Source of the DNA: Magallana gigas
Lineage: Eukaryota
DNA: 64,000 nucleotides
Reading direction: 5' to 3'
Assembly: GCF_963853765.1 (NCBI RefSeq)
Contig: NC_088853.1
Coordinates: 58,404,001-58,468,000 of the forward strand
Shown here: in pieces, positions 1 through 8,403 of the stretch
Position numbering within the stretch: position 1 is the stretch's first letter
How the letters are laid out: each line of letters starts with the position of its first letter
Made by a program: the position numbers and the translations under genes
Notes under the pieces: model-generated
Database searches by the model: none
Seen by the model: the letters and a program-made list of their open reading frames with translations, nothing else
What the model was told of the DNA's origin: nothing

Positions 1-672
1 AAATTCATACTACAAGGAAAGAAAATAATCTTGAGCTTATTGCAGAAAATCTAATTTTTTCATTGGTTGTTACCTTTAGCAACAGAAAAACATTTCAAAT
101 TGTTCATATTGATTGGATTTTAAATTAAGTGGGCGTATTCAATGATTCATCACATTCAAAAATATTGATTTTCCCCATGACTCTAGCAATATTTTTAAAT
201 TTTTAAGGTAATTATCAAATATGTGTGTCTTTGCAAAATCGTTTGTAGATTTATTATGTTGTTATTTCTTGAATTTTCAATATAATGTTTTGTTTTCTTT
301 TTAATTCTGTTTAATAGACTGTCTTTGCCATCGTTCAGATAATTGTTTGACAAACAGGAGATACATACCGATACTAAATGGCCTTAAATGTTTCCTCTTT
401 GATTACTTTGACCAGTTTCTTTCGGCAAACTTGTATACCATTTTTGATTTTCTCTACCATCGTTTAATTTTTCAGCTGATGAAATTGCCTTAGGCATCGA
501 AATGCTTTTTTTGTCTGAAACTTTCATACAGTTTTTGAGACGTTAAGAAATATAAACATATTTTTTATTTCTAAAATTATAATATAGTTACCAGAAAAAA
601 AAAATATATCAGCCAAAACAAAAATGCAGATATTTATTTCGTCTCATCATATAGGAAAACAGTGTTTATGTT

Positions 673-1068
673 TTACGGAACAATAAGTTCCTCCCTGAGG
701 TAGGGGTCCTTTCTCGGCGATAGTGCAGGCATAGAAAGAGTCCGGTGGCAGGAGCGGGTGGTTGCCAGTTCCTTCTTGATGGCCGCCTGCAAATGATGGA
801 GCTCCTGTGCCGCGGCCAGGGTGCGGTGGCAGGAATGGGGAGTCAGCGGCTCTTTCTTGATGGCTGTCAGGATGGCCGCTTCCAGCTCCTGTGCCGCGGA
901 CAGGGTCCGACGCCATGAATGGTCTGCCCTGATGTTGGCAACTTCGCGTGGCGCCACCGTAACCGTGTCCTGCCTCCCCCTCCTCAAGAGATACCGCAGC
1001 AGAATACTAAGACCAATCAAGCCGGCCATGACCATGGCCGAAATGGCAATGTTAAGGGCTTCGTTCAC
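673..1068 (-). CDS. Small single-pass membrane protein with three ~27-28 aa internal repeats (probably the last exon of a spliced gene)
   Basis: Hydrophobic stretch IAISAMVMAGLIGLSILL followed by RYLLRR. Repeats HSWRRTLSAAQELEAAILTAIKKE / HSCHRTLAAAQELHHLQAAIKKE / RSCHRTLS. GC-rich island in AT-rich DNA; a homolog is present at 49749-50161. Confidence 0.55.
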   Translation of the reverse strand: MNEALNIAISAMVMAGLIGLSILLRYLLRRGRQDTVTVAPREVANIRADHSWRRTLSAAQELEAAILTAIKKEPLTPHSCHRTLAAAQELHHLQAAIKKELATTRSCHRTLSMPALSPRKDPYLREELIVP

Positions 1069-1394
1069 AAAAAAATTGTAGAAAATACATTACTTCACTG
1101 TGATAAGAATGTAAATCATTTTTAGTCTTATTCAAGACCCCCATTAAAAATAAAATAAATATTAGTTCATTTCGATGAAAATGTATAATTATTCATGTCT
1201 GATTTTTCAATTTCCATCAAACGCCATACTTCATAAATAAAAATGATTTTAACTTGTAAAAGTTTTTTAGCAATAAAATTACTTGTCTAATTCCCCAACA
1301 GCTCATGCAAAAACAAAAAAAACAAAAAAAAACCACACAACTACATTCATGCTGTCATACTTTTTAAAAATGTTTTTTTATTTGTGTCATTTCA

Positions 1395-1925
1395 AACATC
1401 ATTACCTCATCGGTATCATCATTTTCACAATCACTGACGTGCTGAGTTACATGTATGTATTTTCGCCTACGATTAAAATTTCTTTTAATGATATATATAA
1501 TTAAACATATTGAAAGAGGTCCACACAATAAAATGTAAAGCAGTTGGTCGTGATTCGTACCGAGGGACTCCGATAGTGTTGATATGAGTTTGTATGTCAG
1601 CAGTGGTCTATTCCGTCAAATTTGAGGTGACAGTAAAATCATGCGAAGAGGAAGTAGCTGCAGATGGTAAAGAGACATTTGTAGTCATGTCAGGCGGAAT
1701 ATTTATGGAGTGTTTATTAAGTGAGGTGATTAGTTATACTGATTGCGTAAGCGGAGTACTTTCATGCAATGTAGCTGTGAAAACATGGGAAGTAGTAGTA
1801 GGTAACAATGCCAGGGATTCATTTTCGGACAAAGTAGTTTCATGCAGGGTGGTTGTACTATTAAATGCATAAGATTCATTGATAAGCGTGCTTCTGTTGA
1901 CTGGCTGTTCGGTTACGCAAGTCGT
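1395..1925 (-). pseudogene. Mucin-like Ser/Thr-rich ectodomain + TM + cytoplasmic tail exon (disrupted)
   Basis: The minus strand reads ESYAFNSTTTLHETTLSENESLALLPTTTSHVFTATLHESTPLTQS..., then after a frameshift DQLLYILLCGPLSICLIIYIIKRNFNRRRKYIHV...DDTDE|gtaatg. Contains stops and a frameshift. Confidence 0.6.
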
Positions 1926-2542
1926 CGATAAGTTATCGTATGACCTGAGGCGTGTTCAGCAGAGCGAGCGCTCGCGATCGGCTTTGTATGCGAACGGATC
2001 CAGTGAACTGAACGCACAGCGAGTGCTCGTTAAAATCCAAAATGGCTGACAATGTAAATATGAGTTGTTGTGAAAATTGCAATTTTCTATTATAACGTAG
2101 GTACATGTAATTGGTTATCCGGACTATATGAGCGTTTGAGGTTTCATATTTATGTGTTTTGTTTACGTTTAAGACAACAGGAAAACTACATGCAAAGAAA
2201 GTAAAGGACTTTTGAAGAAAAACCAGACTTCGACAATTGAGCCATTGTTTGTCTCGGTTAGTAAAACTCATTAAATCAATCTTAAAGTAATCAAACGTTA
2301 GGAATTTTTACTTTAAACCACTTGCATCACAAATTTTTGACCCTGAAGTACTTAAATACAATTCACCAAAAAAGGAGCAGTGAAATGAGTATTTAAAAAA
2401 TAATAAATGCTTTTTATTTGAATAAAATGATAAAAAGGAAACAGTTCTTACTAATAACCATCATAGGGAAAGGTGATAAACAATGAATTTTTGACTGACT
2501 TTGCAATGCTTGTTATCAACACATTTCAATGGTGAATTTTAG

Positions 2543-2918
2543 GTACAAAATCATAAATGAAAGAAACTCTAAGACTTGACATGGCCGTCAGTCTTGGAGA
2601 TTCTTCTCCCAGATGCAGGATCTGTTGCATGGAGACCCAGCAGTATCTCCAATCTCTGTAGCCTCTTCTTTGAAAGCGGCCATCCCAGATGACCCATCAA
2701 AGGAGAAAGACCCAGTAGCAACTGAGAGTGGATAATCAAGGAAGGGGAAGCGCCCGGCATCATCCTGTAAGGATCGGGAACCAAGCTGGATAAGAACTTT
2801 TCGTGAGGAATTGCAAAGCATGCATAAAGAGAGGATGGATATAGAGGATAAACGTATTCAACTGGACGACCGGAGGGTTATTGCCCTAGAAAAACTGGTA
2901 GAGGAAGTAAAGAAATAG
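2543..2918 (+). pseudogene. Myb/SANT-like (trihelix) DNA-binding protein, last exon; typical Harbinger accessory gene
   Basis: After a tttag acceptor it reads YKIINERNSKT*HGRQSWRFFSQMQDLLHGDPAVSP...WIRTFREELQSMHKERMDIEDKRIQLDDRRVIALEKLVEEVKK*. This is the end of a trihelix domain plus a C-terminal coiled coil, with two in-frame stops. Confidence 0.55.
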
Positions 2919-3004
2919 AAATCTTTAACTGTTGTTGTTGGTTATTTTCAAGGTATGAATAATGAGTCATAATTTTGCCAATAAGTGATTGTTTCTGGAA
3001 CATG

Positions 3005-3006
<2 letters not shown>

Positions 3007-3077
<71 letters not shown>
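3007..3077. repeat. (AT)n microsatellite
   Basis: Pure AT run of ~70 bp. Confidence 0.98.
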
Positions 3078-3081
<4 letters not shown>

Positions 3082-3099
3082 CTACATGCTATGTGGACA

Positions 3100-3821
3100 G
3101 GGCATTTCAGATGAAAAGATTGGCGATTATTTACGGGATATAGAAATAAACACTTAGTTAAGTGACGAAGACAAAGAGTTCTTTGATAAAGCTCCAACCA
3201 TACAAGAATGCTCTGAAGCCGTACTTGGAATGAAGAACAATAAATCTCCTGGACTTGACGGCTTGCCTGTTGAGTTCTATAAAATGTTTTGGAAACGCCT
3301 AAAGCAGTATATGTTCGATGCGCTAATAAAATCTTTTGAGGATAAGGAACTAACAAATACACAAAAATGCTGTTTTGTCTTTGATTTATAAGAAAGGAAA
3401 ACTAGATGAACTTCAAAACTATCGTCCCATAAGTTTAACAAATTGTGCTTAAAAAATTATTGCTTGTGTTTTTTCTCGACGTTTTTAAAAAATTATAGAC
3501 AAATTAATAAACCCCGATCAGTCTGGATATATTAAAGGACGTTATATAGGAACAAATGCTAGACTTATTTTAGATATTTTTGATTACTGGGAAAAAAGCA
3601 ACGAATCAGGAATTCTCTTATTTGTTGACTTTCAGAAGGCATTCGATTCTGTTGAATGGGAGTTCCTGTTGCAGTCAATGATGAAATTTAATTTCGGTGT
3701 CAATATTGTTAAATGGATCAAAATTTTGTATACAAATCCTTATTTCTATATAAAAAACAATGGTTTGATCTCCAGAAAATGTCATACGTATAGAGGTATT
3801 AGACAAGGATGTCCCGTCTCA
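3100..3821 (+). mobile_element. Non-LTR retrotransposon (L1/Tx1-type) reverse transcriptase fragment, degenerate
   Basis: KNNKSPGLDGLPVEFYKMFW, LIYKKGKLDELQNYRPISLTN, DQSGYIKGRYIGTNARL, LFVDFQKAFDSVEW, RGIRQGCPVS. Has stops and frameshifts and ends before the YADD motif. Confidence 0.92.
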
Positions 3822-4210
3822 GATGCAGACACAGCAACGGGCGGAGTCTGCAGTCTAGTGGGCACAGATGTTGGCACAACGACGGATGGAGTCTGCGGCC
3901 TAGTGGGCACTGATGTTGGCACAACGACGGGTCGAGTCTGCGGTCTAGTGGGCACAGATGTTGGCACAACGACGGGCGGAGTCTGCGGTCTAGTGGGCAC
4001 AGATGTTTGCACAACGACGGGTGGAGTCTGCGGCCTAGTGGGCACAGATGTTGGCACAACGACGGGTGGAGTCTGCGGCCTAGTGGGCACATATGTTGGC
4101 ACAACGACGGGTCGAGTCTGCGGTCTAGTGGGCACAGATGTTGGCACAACGACGGGTGGAGTCTGCGGTCTAGTGGGCACAGATGTTGGCACAACGACGG
4201 GTGGAGTCTA
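3822..4210. repeat. 45-bp minisatellite, ~8.5 copies; probable coding exon 2 of the CHHC gene on the minus strand
   Basis: Unit ctagtgggcacagatgttggcacaacgacgggtggagtctgcggt. Minus-strand frames give PTSVPTRPQTPPVVV or LHPSLCQHLCPLDRR repeats. A tag| acceptor lies at the array edge (~4208). Confidence 0.95.
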
Positions 4211-4290
4211 ATTTGATTTAATCGTATGTCGATTTATCAATAAGTTAGTAAAGCATGATTTTTTTAACCACGGGCATGGCTCATTTCACC

Positions 4291-4558
4291 TTGGATTGGT
4301 TAGTATTCCCCTCTTGCAAGACTCATCTTTTGCCTTTACAGAGGACAAGTAATCCTCACATTCCCTACATAAGGTACGTCCTTCACTCTTCTTTATTTTG
4401 TGAATAAAATCGTACTCACATGCCCTAAATAGGCGGGCTCCAGATTGATTACTTCTCTCGCATGTTCTAAGATGACGGGAGAATCTCTCAGTCCTAATTA
4501 TGTGCTTTGCCTCATATGGACAAACACGAAATCCCGCATACACTGGATAGTCCCCCAA
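4291..4558 (-). CDS. GTSF1/Asterix-like tandem CHHC (U11-48K-type) zinc-finger protein, exon 1; possibly pseudogenised
   Basis: CPYEAKH-IIRTERFSR-H-LRT-C fits C-x5-H-x9-H-x3-C. A 13-aa linker leads to CEYDFIH-KIKKSEGRT-L-CRE-C, in which the second His is replaced by Leu. The start is TTG; there is a donor ag|gtgaaa at 4290. Confidence 0.7.
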
Positions 4559-4661
4559 GTTAATGTTTTTATAAAATAAAATGTTACATATACACTGTAC
4601 ATTTATATTTCATGCGATTAAAATTTTAAAATTTTAAGCGGAATTTATCTTAACTTAATTT

Positions 4662-5126
4662 ATTAACAGGGTTTTCGAACGGAAAAATCCGGTTATAAAA
4701 ATGGTGAAAAATGGCGGGCGGGCGGCTGCTAAAAGGGTACCCTCATTGTACGGATAACTCCTCCTACAGTTTTCAAGATAGGAAGTTGTTCTTTTGCAGA
4801 TCAATTGTACATATATCAGAGGTGTGCATATTGCTTGGATTTAAATTTTTGATATTTTATGATAAAAATACCAGCTTTAGATCTTGCTATCTTTTTGGCA
4901 AATCAAATTGCAGATCAATTGTACATAAATCAGAGGTGAGCATATTGCTAGGATTTTTATTTCTGATTATTTATGAAAAAAAATACTAGCTTTTGAACGT
5001 TTTGGGGGGCAAAATATTGCAAATAGGGTACTCCATTTCGCTGGATACGGGTTGACATGGATTATGGACACCGTTCACAAAAAAGAAAACCCGGTTTGCT
5101 GTCACATTGACAGCTTTTCACTTGTT
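4662..5126 (+). mobile_element. Non-autonomous Helentron-like (HINE/pearl-type) element, family 1
   Basis: 5' AACAGGGTTTTCGAACGGAAAAATCCGGTT palindrome, a GGCG microsatellite, internal core repeats and a 3' ctgtcacattgacag hairpin + cttgTTT. A second copy lies at 33842-34338. Confidence 0.7.
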
Positions 5127-5192
5127 TTTTTTTTAGCACGGTGAAACTCTTATACGTAATATAATTAAATTAGGTCAAGTTATCAATTTACT

Positions 5193-5420
5193 AGTAGTAT
5201 AGTAGATAACATGCAGCCACAGTCAAGGTCCCTAACCCAATGACGTCATGGGGTTAACCTGGGGTAATGACCAAGAAGAAGGTCCCACCCAATGACGTCA
5301 TCGGTTAACCACAGTCAAGAAACCCAGAGTCAAGAGAAATTCCACAGTCACAGTCGAGAAACCCTACAATCACAATTAAGAAACCCCACAGTCAAAGCCC
5401 ATTCTGATGACGTTTATAGA
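5193..5420 (+). mobile_element. Polinton/Maverick-type left terminus (variant 1)
   Basis: AGTAGTATAGTAG start; CCCAATGACGTCA at 5241 and 5293; repeated ACAGTCA motifs. Same architecture as 8404, 13261 and 57337. Confidence 0.5.
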
Positions 5421-6480
5421 AGAGTCATAATTTAAGCTCAATTGTGATGAAGTCAGCATTTTGTTTCTATATTCACCAGAGTAGCCTGTAGCCGTGAAGG
5501 TTAATATTAATATTACTTTCTGAAAGGTAACTACCAGTAGATTGACCAATCAACAGTCAAGTGACTTCATGATGATGTTAAAAATCATAAGGAATCTACA
5601 GTCCTCAATAATCGCCATCCTGAATATGACAAGCACGAATGGTACAGTGACATATTTTACAAAACACTTATTATTAAAATCACGAACTAGCTAATAATAT
5701 ATAGCAGAAAATACTTGTGCAAAAAAGTAAGTAATTTTGTTAACATACTTTACTAGAAGTTTTTCTTGGATTACATTATAAGAAAAATCATTTAAAATAT
5801 AATGTAGTCAATAGAAGTATTACTAATACTTAGAAAATCATTATAGATCAGGTATGAGGAACTGAACCATAATTTGTATTATTTATCTTCATTTTAAAAA
5901 AATGTCGGACATTGTAGTAAATTTATTTATTTACAAACTAAACACATCGCGAAGAATGTGCTGGAATGAAAAACACCTGTCATGTGTTATCCTACAAACT
6001 TTATTGAACTTTACTGGCACAGTTCACATTTCAGTATCGTCGTTGTTTGGTTAAAGTAAAACAGTTCTCATTTTATTTTCTCTTTACAATTAATTTAAAA
6101 TATTTGTTTGAAATTGATAAGACCCGACCACTGGGTATTGATTGAAACTTTGTTTACATATTGCAATTTTTTTTAGTACCTGTCATGTTTTTCATTTTTA
6201 TATCTACCACAGACAAACATACATTTCTTTGTTTGAGGTCAAGGTTACCGGATCCGGAAGTCATAGTTGTTAATGTAAATACAAATTAGTTGCATAGCAG
6301 TGTTCAAAAGCAGCAGTGTTAAAACTAATTTAATTTGAACTGTTTTTTTAATGGTTCATGGGATTAATATAATCGGTAATTAACTTGCGATTTTTTGTGT
6401 ATTTTTGATAATTAACATTCTTCTGAAAAAAAACCTGCATATTCATAACTTTATCAAGCTATTCTGAATAGCGTTTTTAA

Positions 6481-6973
6481 AGGGGCATGGTCACGATTTT
6501 GGTAAAAAATAATTTTTGCGATTTAAATGTTTACAATGCTTCAGTAAGGTATTTTTAATAAGCAACCAACATTTGATTGTCATTTGTTGAGTTATAAGCG
6601 AGTTGCAGAACTTACAATTCTTCGCTATGTAAACAAAGCTTTTGTTTACATTTTGAATGTTGAAGTGAAAATTTTAATTTTAGACCTCAAATAAATGTGT
6701 TAATCGTTAGGAACTGTTTATTTATTCTTAAATGAATAAAAAGATAGACAAATTAGCTTGAAAAAGATTTTTTACTGGTATATTGAACCTATGTAAACAA
6801 AAAACAGGGCATGGGCCTTGTTTACTTGACGAAGAATTTTGAGCCCTGTATCTTGCTTAAAAATCATCGACTGGCACCCAAAATTCATTTGATCATTAGA
6901 AATGCATTCCTAAAGCATTGTAAATAATAAAAACAGAAAAATAAAACTTGACCAAAATCGTGGTCATGCCCCT
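6481..6973. mobile_element. TTAA-flanked MITE (Kolobok-like, non-autonomous)
   Basis: TIR AGGGGCATGGTCACGATTTTGGT / GACCAAAATCGTGGTCATGCCCCT with TTAA on both sides. A second copy lies at 41144-41637. Confidence 0.88.
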
Positions 6974-7300
6974 TTAAGTTATATAGCTAAATCAGTGCTG
7001 GACCTGTTCAACATTCGGTAAGCCTCTAATATGGTAATACATTTAAATTGTTTTTTCGAGCTCTGTCTGAAAGGCTCGAAATATTGCATTTGTAACAGAT
7101 TAAGAGTTCAGGATCTGAATATATCTATATTTGTTTCTCAGGGGACACTTTTAATGTCAGAACAGTTTTCAGTTAAAAATTCGAACTCTGGATGTAAATT
7201 AATATTACACTTTACTATACTAAACTATACATGAAGTCTTGTTTCTCATGTAATGCATATTTTTAAAGTAAAAATTTATGAAATGTTTTTTTTAACACAG

Positions 7301-8388
7301 AATGTTGCAACCACAATACGAACAATGTTTGTCCCATACAATATGAACTTAAATGCACTAAGAAGGCCGCATATGAAATTCCAAAGACATGCGTTAAACA
7401 CCACTTGGACTCACAAATGTTGTTGCCTTGGAGGTCCTGATGAGGTTAATTTATGAATTATGAACAAAATAAGTCTTGAACCTCGATCCTTTTTAAGTAT
7501 TTTAGTATTTTTCCCCCTTCCCCTACAACAGAGTCGGAACAAACATGTTTTAAGATAGATTCCAAATCATCTGTACAGCACTGTACTTACCAAGTGTAAA
7601 TTAAAAAACAAGATTCAGAGATATTTCATAACACCAATTAAGATATGGAATTTGTTTTTTTTTCCTTTTAAATGTATTACAATTTTTTTTATGAGGTACC
7701 AGACAAACAATGAAAACAATTCTTATTGAAGCAGGGCTCGGGGAAAAAAGACTGGTTCTAGCAAAGAACAAGGATGCTGAATATCTTAGAGATGCATTGT
7801 TGAAGCATTACCCCAAAACTAAAGGATGCTGGGGGATATGAGTTGATGCGTTTATCGTCAAGAACTCTATTGGAAACGATTCCTATTCAACGTTATGGGT
7901 ATACGACTCACTATTTGTCCGATGAGAGTGGACTTGGCTCCGCAATATGCTACATAAGACCATTGCAAGGACAACTGTCCTTGGATGTAGAAGACAGAAG
8001 TGAGTTACCTTAATTAGTTATAGACAGAAGTGGGTTACCTTAATTAGTTATCTTAACTGTAATGTCTCAACTGATTTTTCACTTACAATTTTGATTCATA
8101 AATAACATATAAAATGTCATAGATCAATTGAGGTAAAAGATGTGGATGCAAGCTGGAAGTTGAAAAAGATGTTTTTATTTTATTTCTAAAGTTCTAAACA
8201 ATGAAAAAAGCAAACCTGGTGAGGATTTGTGCTATTAAAATGTTGAAACTATCTATCTGAATTGTCTTATGTTAATATTCCATAGCCATCAGAATTTTGT
8301 CCAAAAGAATTGTGCAAAGGTTGTGGAAAGAAAACTAGTTGTCTTGCTAAGAAATCATTTGTCTGTGTGCAAAGATCAATGTGAAATT
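7301..8388 (+). pseudogene. N-terminal exons of a G2E3-like/HECT-associated gene, frameshifted and cut off by the element at 8404
   Basis: Exons 7301-7444 (..NTTWTHKCCCLGGPDE), 7696-7999 (MKTILIEAGLGEKRL..YPKLKDAGGYELMR..LGSAICYIRPLQ) and 8286-8388 (PKELCKGCG..LRNHLSVC), with GT-AG boundaries. Motifs were recognised from memory of this family; the HECT domain itself is not present. Confidence 0.5.
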
Positions 8389-8403
8389 GTAAGTATTTGT
8401 AGG

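Larger units (their letters stand above)
325..1930 (-). repeat. Inverted, diverged paralog of the block at ~48950-50540
   Basis: The reverse complement matches throughout, e.g. 601-664 vs 50221-50280 (cactgttttcctatatgatgagacgaaa), 421-540 vs 50350-50470 and 1081-1290 vs 49505-49740. The ORF pairs 673..1068/49718..49975 and 1594..1872/49005..49199 are clearly homologous. Confidence 0.9.

Noticed and set aside
821-1872. Plus-strand ORFs 821..1081 and 1594..1872 (and minus 49005..49199)
   Set aside because: Antisense shadows of the TM/repeat and mucin exons.
2967-3362. ORF with a YIYIYI run (also 27244..27426)
   Set aside because: Read-through of (AT)n microsatellites and antisense of the LINE fragment.
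3669-4211. 180-aa ORF fusing RT to GLVGTDVGTTTGGVC repeats
   Set aside because: Chance in-frame join at a breakpoint between a dead LINE fragment and the minisatellite.
4711-4989. ORFs within Helentron-like or satellite DNA (4711..4989, 19936..20166, 33733..34317)
   Set aside because: They lie wholly in non-coding repeats and show no protein motifs.
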